From contig JAYUJN010000040.1 in NCBI GenBank assembly GCA_043765195.1, forward strand, positions 22,734-86,733: a stretch of DNA of 64,000 nucleotides, read 5' to 3'. The stretch comes from Bacteroidota bacterium. Lineage in GTDB: Bacteria > Bacteroidota > Bacteroidia > UBA7662 > JAYUJN01. The notes beneath the pieces were generated by a model. That model did not search any database and was not told the origin of the DNA. It saw only the letters and a list, made by a program, of their open reading frames with translations. This document shows positions 37,594-46,796 of the stretch, piece after piece. Numbering within the stretch: position 1 is the first letter of the stretch; the number at the start of each line of letters is the position of its first letter. Position numbers and translations under genes: made by a program.

Positions 37594-38787
37594 ATGAATA
37601 TACACGAATATCAAGCAAAAAACATTTTGGCGACCTACGGCGTAGCCATACAGCAAGGCATTGTGGCAGAAACGCCCGAGCAAGCCGTAGAAGCCGCCAA
37701 GCAACTGACGACCCAAACAGGCACAAAAGTTTGGGTAATTAAAGCACAAATACACGCTGGCGGGCGTGGCAAGGGCGGCGGCGTAAAAGTAGCTACGAGC
37801 CTCAATGCGGTTCTGGAAAAATCAAAAGCAATTTTGGGTATGCAGCTCATCACGCCCCAAACCAGCGCCGAAGGCAAACTGGTGCGCAAGGTACTCATAG
37901 CCCAAGATGTATATTATGAGGGCGCAACCGAAATCAAAGAACTGTATATGAGCATATTGCTGGACAGAAAAACGGGCAGAAACACCATCATTTACTCCAC
38001 ACAAGGCGGCATGGACATAGAAGAAGTAGCCGACCACACGCCCGAACTCATTTTTAAGGAAGAAATAGACCCAAAAATAGGCATACAGGCTTTTCAGGCT
38101 CGAAAAATAGCCTTTAAACTCGGCTTGGAGGGCGATGCCTTTAAAAGCATGATAAAATTTATAGACAGCCTATACCGAGCCTACACCGATATTGATGCCT
38201 CGCTTTTTGAAATTAATCCAGTACTAAAAACCTCCGACAACAAAATAATAGCCGTAGATGCCAAGGTTTCGCTGGACGAAAATGCGCTTTACCGCCACAA
38301 AGACCTGGCGGAACTCCGAGACATTACCGAAGAAAACCCGATAGACGTGGAAGCCAAACAATACGACCTAAACTACGTGAAGCTGGACGGCAACGTGGGC
38401 TGTATGGTGAACGGCGCAGGCTTGGCTATGGCTACCATGGACCTAATAAAACTGTGCGGCGGCGAACCAGCCAACTTTTTGGACGTGGGCGGCACCGCCA
38501 ACGCCGAGCGTGTAGCCAATGCGTTTAAAATAATTTTGAAGGATACGACGGTGAAAGCCATTTTGATTAATATTTTTGGTGGCATAGTGCGCTGCGACCG
38601 TGTGGCGCAAGGCGTGGTAGATGCCTACAAACTGATAGGCAACATTCCCGTACCCATTATAGTGCGCTTGCAAGGCACAAATGCGATAGAAGCCAAAAAA
38701 ATACTGGACGACTCGGGGCTAAAAGTGTATTCTGCCGTGGAGTTTCAGGAAGCCGCCGACTTAGTAGCCGACATATTGGCTGCCTAA
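37594..38787 (+). CDS. sucC: succinate--CoA ligase [ADP-forming] subunit beta
   Basis: [13 protein letters not shown]-terminus, an ATP-grasp domain and a C-terminal CoA-ligase domain ([19 protein letters not shown]). Confidence 0.95.
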   Translation: MNIHEYQAKNILATYGVAIQQGIVAETPEQAVEAAKQLTTQTGTKVWVIKAQIHAGGRGKGGGVKVATSLNAVLEKSKAILGMQLITPQTSAEGKLVRKVLIAQDVYYEGATEIKELYMSILLDRKTGRNTIIYSTQGGMDIEEVADHTPELIFKEEIDPKIGIQAFQARKIAFKLGLEGDAFKSMIKFIDSLYRAYTDIDASLFEINPVLKTSDNKIIAVDAKVSLDENALYRHKDLAELRDITEENPIDVEAKQYDLNYVKLDGNVGCMVNGAGLAMATMDLIKLCGGEPANFLDVGGTANAERVANAFKIILKDTTVKAILINIFGGIVRCDRVAQGVVDAYKLIGNIPVPIIVRLQGTNAIEAKKILDDSGLKVYSAVEFQEAADLVADILAA

Positions 38788-38867
38788 GCCCACCCTTTTA
38801 AACGCCCCACAGTTTCGCCTTTTTGGGTAAATCTGTGGGGTTTTTGTTTACCCAAAAACCCAAACCC

Positions 38868-39470
38868 ATGCTCATAAAGCTCTACGACAACAACCAAAAA
38901 CAACTGCAACAGGTCATAGATTGCCTGCAAAACGGCGGCGTAATTATTTACCCCACCGACACCATTTATGCCATAGGTTGCAATTTGCTCGACAAAAAAG
39001 CCATAGAGCGTGTAAGCCGAATTATGGGTTACAGCGAAAGCAAGCACAATTTTTCGATTATTTGCCACGATTTTAGCAATTTGTCGGAGTACGCAGGGCA
39101 AATACCCAACCACATTTTTAGGCTGATGAAACAACTGCTGCCTGGCGCATTTACGTTTATTTTGCCAGCGAGCCGCCAAGTGCCTAAGCTATTTGCCTCC
39201 AAAAAAAGCACCGTGGGCATACGAGTACCCAACAATGCCATAGCCAGGGGAATTGTGGCGCAGCTCGGCAACCCAATTATAGCTGCCTCGATACACAACC
39301 CCGAGTTTGAGGACGAATATAGCACCGACCCCGAGCTGATTTTTGAGCGGTTTGGGAGCTTGGTGGATATGGTGATAGACGGCGGCATGGGCGAAAACGA
39401 ACCGAGTACCGTTTTGGACTGCACAACCGACGAAATAGAAATAATACGCCAAGGCAAAGGCATTTTTTAA
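38868..39470 (+). CDS. tsaC: L-threonylcarbamoyladenylate synthase (YrdC/TsaC domain)
   Basis: YPTDTIYAIGCN motif of the YrdC/Sua5 fold. Length ~200 aa, i.e. YrdC-only. The start was reassigned to MLIKLYD. Confidence 0.8.
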   Translation: MLIKLYDNNQKQLQQVIDCLQNGGVIIYPTDTIYAIGCNLLDKKAIERVSRIMGYSESKHNFSIICHDFSNLSEYAGQIPNHIFRLMKQLLPGAFTFILPASRQVPKLFASKKSTVGIRVPNNAIARGIVAQLGNPIIAASIHNPEFEDEYSTDPELIFERFGSLVDMVIDGGMGENEPSTVLDCTTDEIEIIRQGKGIF

Positions 39471-39483
39471 ATCCATATTTTAC

Positions 39484-40050
39484 ATGAAAATAATATTAGC
39501 ATCGGCATCGCCACGCCGCCAAGAACTACTAAAAGGCTTAGGCATAAACTTCGAAATTTGCATAAAAAGCATCGATGAGTGCTTTGATGCCAGCCTTAGC
39601 TCCACCGAAATAGCCAATTATTTGGCAAACGAAAAAATGCAGCCGTTTTTGCCCATCGCACCCGATACTTTAACCATTACCGCCGATACTTTGGTGTTTA
39701 TAGATGGCGTGGCGCTGGGCAAACCAGACGATTTGGCGCACGCCGCCGCTATGCTGCAAACGCTCTCGGGGCGGGCGCACACGGTTGTTACGGGCGTTTG
39801 CGTGGCTACCGCCGCCAGCCAAGAGACTTTTTGCGTGGCATCTACCGTTTATTTCAGGCACATAACCCAAGTCGAAATAGCGCATTACCTAAAAAACCAC
39901 GCACCGCTCGACCGTGCGGGCAGCTACGGCATACAAGACTGGATAGGCTACGCTTTCATAGAAAAAATAGACGGCTGCTACTACAATGTAATGGGTTTGC
40001 CTACTTCGGAGCTGTACGAAAGGCTGAAAAAATACATTAACTTTATTTAA
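39484..40050 (+). CDS. maf: Maf family nucleoside-triphosphate pyrophosphatase
   Basis: MKIILASASPRRQELL N-terminus and conserved GxxxDxxK/GKP motifs (DGVALGKPDD). Confidence 0.85.
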   Translation: MKIILASASPRRQELLKGLGINFEICIKSIDECFDASLSSTEIANYLANEKMQPFLPIAPDTLTITADTLVFIDGVALGKPDDLAHAAAMLQTLSGRAHTVVTGVCVATAASQETFCVASTVYFRHITQVEIAHYLKNHAPLDRAGSYGIQDWIGYAFIEKIDGCYYNVMGLPTSELYERLKKYINFI

Positions 40051-40194
40051 CTAACGCACAACAAGCTCACTATCAATTACTTGAAAAATAAAAGACAAAA
40101 ATGTTCGTGTTTTTAATATGCACGCATTGTTTATACAATTATTGGCATTAACTTTGCAGTATCAAAACAAATACACATTAAAATTTTAAAAAAA

Positions 40195-40749
40195 ATGGAA
40201 GATTTTGTAAAGAAATTTATTTACACAGGCGTAGGTTTGGTTTCGCTTACTGCCGAGCGTATGCAAAAATTGGTGGCTGATTTTGTAACCGATGAAAAAA
40301 TAAGCGAGGCGGAAGGCAAAAAAATAATAGACGAGATTTTGGACAAAACCAACGCCAAGCGCAGCGAGTTTGAGGCGCAAATAAGGGAAGTAGCCGACGA
40401 AATTTCGGTGAAGCTCAAAGGCGCAAAAATGGATAGCAGCTTAGAGCAACGCCTAAAAGCCATAGAAGCAAAATTGGGCATAGAAAAAACTGCGAGCCTA
40501 CTTTCAGAAGAGCCTACAACTGCGGCAAATATGGTGAAAAAAGTGGTAGCCAAAGCCGATAAACTACAAAACATAGCCGAAAAAGCTGCGAAAACAGTTT
40601 CGAGCGATATAAAAATTACTGCTATAAAAGCACAAGACAACGCAAGCACAGCCGCCAAAGCCACGGTAAAAGAAGTAAAGAAAACGATGGCAAAAGTAGA
40701 AAAAACGACCAAAAGCGCAATCAAACAAGCGCAAGAAGTAATGGCTTAG
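40195..40749 (+). CDS. hypothetical Ala/Lys-rich helical protein (phasin-like)
   Basis: Low-complexity, predicted all-helical. The N-terminal FIYTGVGLVSLTAERMQKLVADFV resembles PHA granule-associated phasin N-termini. The assignment is weak. Confidence 0.35.
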   Translation: MEDFVKKFIYTGVGLVSLTAERMQKLVADFVTDEKISEAEGKKIIDEILDKTNAKRSEFEAQIREVADEISVKLKGAKMDSSLEQRLKAIEAKLGIEKTASLLSEEPTTAANMVKKVVAKADKLQNIAEKAAKTVSSDIKITAIKAQDNASTAAKATVKEVKKTMAKVEKTTKSAIKQAQEVMA

Positions 40750-40995
40750 TGAACTGCATTTTGGTTTTTATAACCAACAAACAGTTTTACAGCCTGATGC
40801 CGTAGGCATCAAACATTTGTAGAAAAAACACGTGGTACACACGTTCGACTCCGAAGGAGTCGCAGATATAGCGCATTTATTTCTATAAACGTTTAATCCC
40901 TACGGGATTTTTACACCAATAAAATTATGCGTAAGCACTTAGTGCGGGCAAACGACCTATGTATCATTTCATAGATTTTCGGGTTTAAAGGTTGA

Positions 40996-41028
40996 GCCGC
41001 TGCCCCTTCGGGGCAGCGGCTTTTTTTT
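40996..41028 (+). terminator. rho-independent terminator
   Basis: Perfect 11-bp GC-rich stem gccgctgcccc-ttcg-ggggcagcggc followed by T8. Confidence 0.7.
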
Positions 41029-41183
41029 GTTTGAGCGGTTTTATTGTCTTTTTATTTGAGCGGTTTTGTTATCTTTTTTATTTGAGGGGCTTTTATTGTC
41101 TTTTTGTTTGATGGGTTTTGTTGTCTTTTTGTTTGAGAGGTTTTATTCTCTTTTTGTTTGATGGGTTTTGTTTTATTCCCCTT
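41029..41183. repeat. tandem repeat, ~26-bp unit x6
   Basis: Six consecutive units of tttgagNggttttRttgtctttttR lying between the terminator and the ytxJ promoter region. Confidence 0.75.
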
Positions 41184-41312
41184 CCCTCCCCTTTATTTTT
41201 GCGTAATACGCACACACAAAACTTTTCGGAACATTTTTTCGTTTGTATCATAGTACGAAGTGCGCCGTACTTATTTTTTGAGCATCGCACTTCCAACCTT
41301 AATTAACCTGTA

Positions 41313-41693
41313 ATGTTTTCAAAATTATTTTCTGCACCCAAAGCAGACAGCCTGGCGTGGAACTCACTTAGCTCCGAAGCCCAACTCAACAACATATTCG
41401 CAGCCTCTTTTGAAGTGCCGCAACTCATATTTAAGCACAGCACACGCTGCTCCATCAGCACCATGGCGCTCAACCGTTTGGAGCGAGACTGGACATTTGA
41501 CCACGAAATCTTAGTGCCACACTACTTAGATTTACTCGATTTTAGAGCCATTTCCGACAAAGTAACCCAAATGTTTGGCGTAACGCACGAGTCGCCGCAG
41601 GCTTTGGTTATAGACCAAGGCAAGTGCGTTTTTCATGCCGAACACAACCTCATTGGCGTAAAAACCATCAGCGAGTTTTTACAGAACAATTAG
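41313..41693 (+). CDS. ytxJ: bacillithiol-system-type monothiol redox protein YtxJ (DUF2847)
   Basis: 126 aa thioredoxin-like protein with a single active-site Cys in the TRCSIS (TxxC-like) motif, typical of YtxJ. Confidence 0.7.
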   Translation: MFSKLFSAPKADSLAWNSLSSEAQLNNIFAASFEVPQLIFKHSTRCSISTMALNRLERDWTFDHEILVPHYLDLLDFRAISDKVTQMFGVTHESPQALVIDQGKCVFHAEHNLIGVKTISEFLQNN

Positions 41694-42346
41694 GGCGTAC
41701 ACCAAGCGACGGGCAAGTTTTTGTATAGCAACAACGCAACTTTTACCTCCGTTTTTTGTAACAATTCGATATTTAGGTACATAAAATCGGTGGTTTCTTG
41801 CTTGTAAAAAGCCACAATTTTCATGTCTTGCCTAAAATTCAGACCCTTTGTGCCGTACATTTTGTACAGTGCTTCTTTGGCGCACCACGCAAAATTAACC
41901 ATGGTTTCTAAACCCATGGCGTTTTCAGCCGCCGCTTCATCGAGGTAATCCAGCTCATTTTGGGTCAGAAACCGCAGCCTAATTTGCATAATTTTGGGGC
42001 TAAACACCTCTATATCAATGCCCACGGGCTTGCTATCGGTGTTTATAGCCGCAGCCGCCCAGCCCTTGCCATGCGAAAGGCTAAGGGTACAGTTGGGTTC
42101 TTGGCTAAAAAAAGGCTTGTTGTACTCGTCCTTACTAACCACAATATCGGCGTGCGGCAGCAGCGCACGCACCACGAGCCTGCTCGCCAGCCACTCCATT
42201 TGGCGGGTGTCCAGCTTGTACGCCCGCAGCTCCGCCATTTCGGCTGCCGAGGGCTGGTACAACGCCCGCAGCTCCGCCTGCGTTTCGGCTATTTGCCACA
42301 GCCCAATGTGCGTGTGGGCTTGGTATATAAATTTGTGTACAAGCAA
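41690..42346 (-). CDS. 4'-phosphopantetheinyl transferase superfamily protein
   Basis: Sfp-type two-half fold. GIDIE metal-binding motif and a W/FxxKEAxxK motif (WCAKEALYKMYG). Confidence 0.8.
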   Translation of the reverse strand: MLVHKFIYQAHTHIGLWQIAETQAELRALYQPSAAEMAELRAYKLDTRQMEWLASRLVVRALLPHADIVVSKDEYNKPFFSQEPNCTLSLSHGKGWAAAAINTDSKPVGIDIEVFSPKIMQIRLRFLTQNELDYLDEAAAENAMGLETMVNFAWCAKEALYKMYGTKGLNFRQDMKIVAFYKQETTDFMYLNIELLQKTEVKVALLLYKNLPVAWCTP

Positions 42347-42365
42347 TTTGGGTTAGTCCAAAATT

Positions 42366-42779
42366 TTATTCGCCAAAATATTCTACAAAATTTCGCTCTG
42401 TTTCGTAAAGTTTTACGCTGTGCAATTGGTAGTTGGGTGCGGTGAGTTTGGGCTGCAATTGCTTCCAAATACCAATGGCAAAGTTTTCGGTAGATGCCAT
42501 AATGCCGTGCATAAATGCCACATCGAGGTTCAGGTTTTTGTGGTCCACCAAATCCACTACTTCATTTTCTATGATGCTTTTTAGGTCTTTTAGGTCTATT
42601 ACAAAACCAGTTTCTGGGTCGGGCTTGCCTTTTACGGTTACAAAAAGCTCGAAATTATGCCCGTGCCAGTTCGGATTTGAGCATTTTCCGAACACCGCAG
42701 CGTTTTTTTCATCTGTCCATTCGGGTTTAAATAGCTTGTGCGCCGCATTAAAGTGCACTTTTCGGGTAATGTGTATCAT
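42366..42779 (-). CDS. queD: 6-carboxy-5,6,7,8-tetrahydropterin synthase
   Basis: CSNPNWHGHNF (Cx5HGH) zinc and catalytic motif, a ~135 aa PTPS fold. The start was reassigned to MIHITRK. Confidence 0.85.
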   Translation of the reverse strand: MIHITRKVHFNAAHKLFKPEWTDEKNAAVFGKCSNPNWHGHNFELFVTVKGKPDPETGFVIDLKDLKSIIENEVVDLVDHKNLNLDVAFMHGIMASTENFAIGIWKQLQPKLTAPNYQLHSVKLYETERNFVEYFGE

Positions 42780-42858
42780 CTTTTCTTTTTTATTTGAAAA
42801 ATTGCACAAATATAAGCATTTTTGCACTTTATTTTAAACCCAACCCAAACTAAAAAAC

Positions 42859-43815
42859 ATGATAGTAATTACAGGCGCAGCGGGCTTCATCGGCAGCTCT
42901 TTGGTAGGTGCGCTAAACCAAGCGGGCTACCACGATTTGGTTTTGGTGGACCATTTTGGGGTGGAGGCAAAAAAGGCAAACTGGCAAACAAAATCTTTTA
43001 GCCAAACGGTGGAGCGCAGCCTGTTTTTGGAGTGGTTGGAGGCAAACCACGAGCAGGTTACCTACATTTTTCACTTGGGCGCACGCACCGACACCACCGA
43101 TTTTTCTACCCAAGTTTTTTTGGACCTAAACCTGCACTACACCCAAAATATTTGGAATGTGTGCGTAAAGTACGGGCTACCAATGCTTTATGCCTCGTCT
43201 GCTGCCACTTATGGCTTGGGCGAGCTGGGTTTTAGCGACCAAAACGACGACCTTGCCCAAAAACTTGCGCCGCTCAACCCTTATGCCGTTTCAAAAAATG
43301 AAATGGATAAATGGGCTTTTGCCCAAAGCCGAAAACCGTTTCAGTGGGTTGGATTAAAATTTTTTAATGTTTTTGGGGCAAACGAAACCCACAAAAACCG
43401 CATGGCTTCGGTGGTTTTTCATGCCTACAACCAAATAAAAGCCAACGGCGTGGTAAAACTTTTTAGGAGCAATGCGCCCGAGTTTGCAGACGGCGAGCAG
43501 CTCCGAGATTTTATTTATGTAAATGACATTTGCAACATTTGCATTTTTTTTATGGAAAACAGGCATATTTCTGGTATTTTTAACGCTGGAACGGGCAAAG
43601 CCCGCACTTTCAACGATTTGGCTGCCGCTTGCTTTGCAGCCCTAAACCAAAAAACCAACATACAATACACAGATATGCCAACCGACATAGCGGCTACCTA
43701 CCAAAATTTTACGCAAGCCGATACAGCAAAGCTGCGCTCGGTGGGCTACCAGCAGCCATTTACCGATTTGGAAACGGCAATAACCCAGTACATTCAAACT
43801 CATTTAGACAAATAA
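42859..43815 (+). CDS. hldD: ADP-L-glycero-D-manno-heptose 6-epimerase
   Basis: MIVITGAAGFIGSSLVGALN Rossmann start, YASSAATYG, a YAVSK catalytic Yxx(x)K, and FFNVFGANETHKNRMASVVFH. Collinear with E. coli HldD/RfaD throughout. Confidence 0.85.
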   Translation: MIVITGAAGFIGSSLVGALNQAGYHDLVLVDHFGVEAKKANWQTKSFSQTVERSLFLEWLEANHEQVTYIFHLGARTDTTDFSTQVFLDLNLHYTQNIWNVCVKYGLPMLYASSAATYGLGELGFSDQNDDLAQKLAPLNPYAVSKNEMDKWAFAQSRKPFQWVGLKFFNVFGANETHKNRMASVVFHAYNQIKANGVVKLFRSNAPEFADGEQLRDFIYVNDICNICIFFMENRHISGIFNAGTGKARTFNDLAAACFAALNQKTNIQYTDMPTDIAATYQNFTQADTAKLRSVGYQQPFTDLETAITQYIQTHLDK

Positions 43816-43839
43816 CCCAACAAAACGCTTTACCCAAAA

Positions 43840-44868
43840 ATGAAAAAACACGCAGTTTATATACTACTCATAACCATCGCTTTATGCAGTTGTAACCAAA
43901 AAAATACCCAAAAATTGGAGGGCAAAGCCACCGATTTGAAGGAAATTTTGAAGAACGACAGCATTTCTAAAATAGAAAAACTGAACGCAATGGTGAACAG
44001 CTACCCCGCCGACCCCGAGAGCTACTACAAACGGGCGCTGGCGTACATGGACATAGACAGTTTGGAGCTGGCTGCCTCCGACATGAAAAGCGTGATGATG
44101 CTAGATACCACGAATGCCAAATATTTTAATAGTTTGGGCGAGCTGTACGTGCGCCTCACCGAGTTTAGTGCCGCCGATGCCGCCTTCGAAAAAAGTTTGG
44201 GCTTGGATAGCAGCTTTGCTACGCCTTGCACCAACAAAGGCGAGCTGCTTTACTACAAAAAAGCCTACAATCCTGCTTTTGAGTACATAAATAAAGGCTT
44301 GCGCCGCAACCCAAACGACCCGAAGGCTTATTTTTTGAAGGGCTTGATTTATTTGGACCAAAAAAACATAGAACGCAGCGTTTCGTCGTTTCAAACCGCC
44401 TTGGAGCAAGACCCAAGCTACTACCAAGCCTACATTCAACTGGGCATTATAAGCGAGCTGCAAAAAAAACCAGCCCAAGCCTACTTGTATTATAACAATG
44501 CCATAAAAATAGACAGCCTCCAAACCGACGGCTACTACAACCGTGGAATGTACTATTTAAAAGCGGACTCGGTGCAAAAAGCCCAGCAGGATTTTAAAAA
44601 ACTCCTTAGCCTAAACGAAAAAAGCCCAAGAGCCAACTACAATTTGGGTACAATAGCCCTGCGAAACCTAAACTACGCCGAGGCGTTTCAGTATTTTAGT
44701 GCAGCCATAAGCCTGAACCTGGAGTACGCCGAAGCCTACGCTGCCCGAGGCTACGCCAGCGAACTACAAGGCAAAAAAGCCGATGCCGTGGCAGATTACA
44801 ACCGTTGTTTGGAAATAAACCCCAAAAACAACATAGCCACCCAAGGCAAAAAACGCCTGCGAAACTAA
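43840..44868 (+). CDS. tetratricopeptide-repeat lipoprotein
   Basis: Lipoprotein-type signal (ITIALCSCNQ) followed by about eight TPR units (A/YxxxG/AxxYxxxxxYxxA periodicity). Confidence 0.75.
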   Translation: MKKHAVYILLITIALCSCNQKNTQKLEGKATDLKEILKNDSISKIEKLNAMVNSYPADPESYYKRALAYMDIDSLELAASDMKSVMMLDTTNAKYFNSLGELYVRLTEFSAADAAFEKSLGLDSSFATPCTNKGELLYYKKAYNPAFEYINKGLRRNPNDPKAYFLKGLIYLDQKNIERSVSSFQTALEQDPSYYQAYIQLGIISELQKKPAQAYLYYNNAIKIDSLQTDGYYNRGMYYLKADSVQKAQQDFKKLLSLNEKSPRANYNLGTIALRNLNYAEAFQYFSAAISLNLEYAEAYAARGYASELQGKKADAVADYNRCLEINPKNNIATQGKKRLRN

Positions 44869-44874
44869 CCCAAA

Positions 44875-45492
44875 ATGCTGCTCATAGAAAGCCAATACCT
44901 GCCGCCGATACACTTGTTTTACGTGCTTTTAGCCCAAAAAATGCCCGAGCTATGCCTCGAAGTGCATGAAAACTTTGATAAGCCTGGCTACCGCAACCGC
45001 TGCCACATACTTACTGCCGACGGCGTGCAGGCACTGAGCATACCGCTGGTGGGAGGGCGCAACCACAAAAAAAACCTGCGCACCGCCCACATAGACTATA
45101 CCCAGCCCTGGCTGCGCAAACACTGGCACGCACTGGTCTCGGCATACAACAATGCTCCGTATTTTGAGCATTACGAGCATTTGTTTGCGCCGCTGTACGC
45201 CCAAAAAACCCACGAAACCCTGCTGGGTTTCAATACCGCTTTGCTACAAATTTGCATGGAAATAATGTGTGTGAAACCGCTCATTTCGCATACCCAAAGC
45301 TACCAAACGCACCACCCCAACACCGTGGATTTGCGCAATGCGCTGCTGCCCAATCGCACGCCGCCCCCGCCCCACGCACGAGCTTACCTACAAGTTTTTG
45401 CCGACAGGCAGCCGTTTGCACCCAATTTGAGCATTATAGACCTAATTTTTAGTGAGGGTGCGCAGACCAAAAATTTCTTAAAATCGGAATAA
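44875..45492 (+). CDS. WbqC-like family protein
   Basis: N-terminal ESQYLPPIHLFYVLLAQ...HENFDKPGYRNRCHILTADG matches the conserved WbqC family start. Function unknown; these often occur in LPS/O-antigen loci. Confidence 0.6.
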   Translation: MLLIESQYLPPIHLFYVLLAQKMPELCLEVHENFDKPGYRNRCHILTADGVQALSIPLVGGRNHKKNLRTAHIDYTQPWLRKHWHALVSAYNNAPYFEHYEHLFAPLYAQKTHETLLGFNTALLQICMEIMCVKPLISHTQSYQTHHPNTVDLRNALLPNRTPPPPHARAYLQVFADRQPFAPNLSIIDLIFSEGAQTKNFLKSE

Positions 45493-45544
45493 AATTAGCG
45501 TAACTAAAAAAAAATTAGTAATTTGCACGCAATTCAGCCCAAAA

Positions 45545-46636
45545 ATGATGCACAAAGTTTACAACGAACACTACGACCCCGCTTTTTCGAGAAATGCAGC
45601 ACTGATGACCGATTTTGTGGACAAAAACTATTTTCGTTCGGAGCTAATCGGTTTTGAGGAGCTGCCCGAGCGCAACAACCCCAATGCGCCGCTCATTTAT
45701 ATTAGCAACCACTCGGGCATGGCTTTTCCGTGGGACGGCATTATTTTTGCCGCCAAGCTGCTGATGCACTGCAATTTTGAGCTAAAAAATGCCTTTCGTC
45801 CCTTGTCCGCACCCATGCTATCCAAGTCGGTGCTTTCGAACCCGTTTATGGTCAAAGAAATGTGGAAAAAAGTGGGCTGCATAGATGCCACATTCGAAAA
45901 CTTTGAGGCAATGATGCACTACAAAGACTCGAATGTACTCATTTACCCCGAGGGCGTGCCTGGCATTTCCAAGGGTTTTAACAACAAATACCAGCTTCAA
46001 AAATTTTCGTCGTCGTGCGTGTATATGGCTATAAAGCACCAAACCAACATCGTACCCGTGATGAGCGTGGGCGCAGAGTACATCAATCCGTGCAGCTACA
46101 AGAGCGAAATGCTGAACAAGCTGGTGAATAAAATTGGCGTGCTGTTTTTGCCCATTACGCCCATTTTAATTTTGTTGGTGCTGCAACCGTGGATTTTTTA
46201 CATGGCTTTTCCTGCAAAATTGCGGTTTGTGCGCCTTGCCACCATCGATTACAAAACCCTAAGCGACAAAAATGCCGACGAGCTAACCAAGCCAGAGCTA
46301 CAAGCCATAGCCGAAACGCTGCGGCAAAAAGTGCAGCTACAACTGAACGAAACCGTAAAAAAGTACGAGAACGAGCCGTTTGAGCTAAAAAACCTGCTAA
46401 AAAGCCTTTTTTCCAACAAAAAACACTTGCCTTTTCTTACCTGCGCTGGCTGGGCTTTTTTGTTTGCCGAATTTGAGTACCAACAAAAGCGAGGCAAGGT
46501 CATTGAGTTTGACAAACTAAACTTTTGGAGCATTTTTCGCATCATTGCACACTCGCCGCTGGTACTGTGCTATTACATACCCGTTTTGGGCTGGATACCC
46601 CTGCTCATAAAAGGCTACAAAGGCAATAAACTGTAA
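45545..46636 (+). CDS. lysophospholipid acyltransferase (PlsC/LPLAT)-family membrane protein
   Basis: HX4D acyltransferase motif (SNHSGMAFPWD). Hydrophobic C-terminal helices. Confidence 0.55.
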   Translation: MMHKVYNEHYDPAFSRNAALMTDFVDKNYFRSELIGFEELPERNNPNAPLIYISNHSGMAFPWDGIIFAAKLLMHCNFELKNAFRPLSAPMLSKSVLSNPFMVKEMWKKVGCIDATFENFEAMMHYKDSNVLIYPEGVPGISKGFNNKYQLQKFSSSCVYMAIKHQTNIVPVMSVGAEYINPCSYKSEMLNKLVNKIGVLFLPITPILILLVLQPWIFYMAFPAKLRFVRLATIDYKTLSDKNADELTKPELQAIAETLRQKVQLQLNETVKKYENEPFELKNLLKSLFSNKKHLPFLTCAGWAFLFAEFEYQQKRGKVIEFDKLNFWSIFRIIAHSPLVLCYYIPVLGWIPLLIKGYKGNKL

Positions 46637-46796
46637 AAAAACTGCATTTTATGACCCAACAAGCCAAACCAACGCTGCATTTTTGACGTAACGGAAATTA
46701 GATTATTTTTTTTTGCCCAAAATTGCAAAATTGCAAAAATATTACTACCTTTAACCCACAAAACCCAATCATTATTTTCTACAACTTATCCTTGTA

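Noticed and set aside
40840-40870. tRNA/tmRNA-like T-arm (ggttcgactccgaaggagtcg)
   Set aside because: Only a GTTCGA-like pentaloop-stem is present. No acceptor stem, D-arm or anticodon arm can be drawn around it, and there is no CCA-adjacent acceptor pairing or tag-peptide reading frame.
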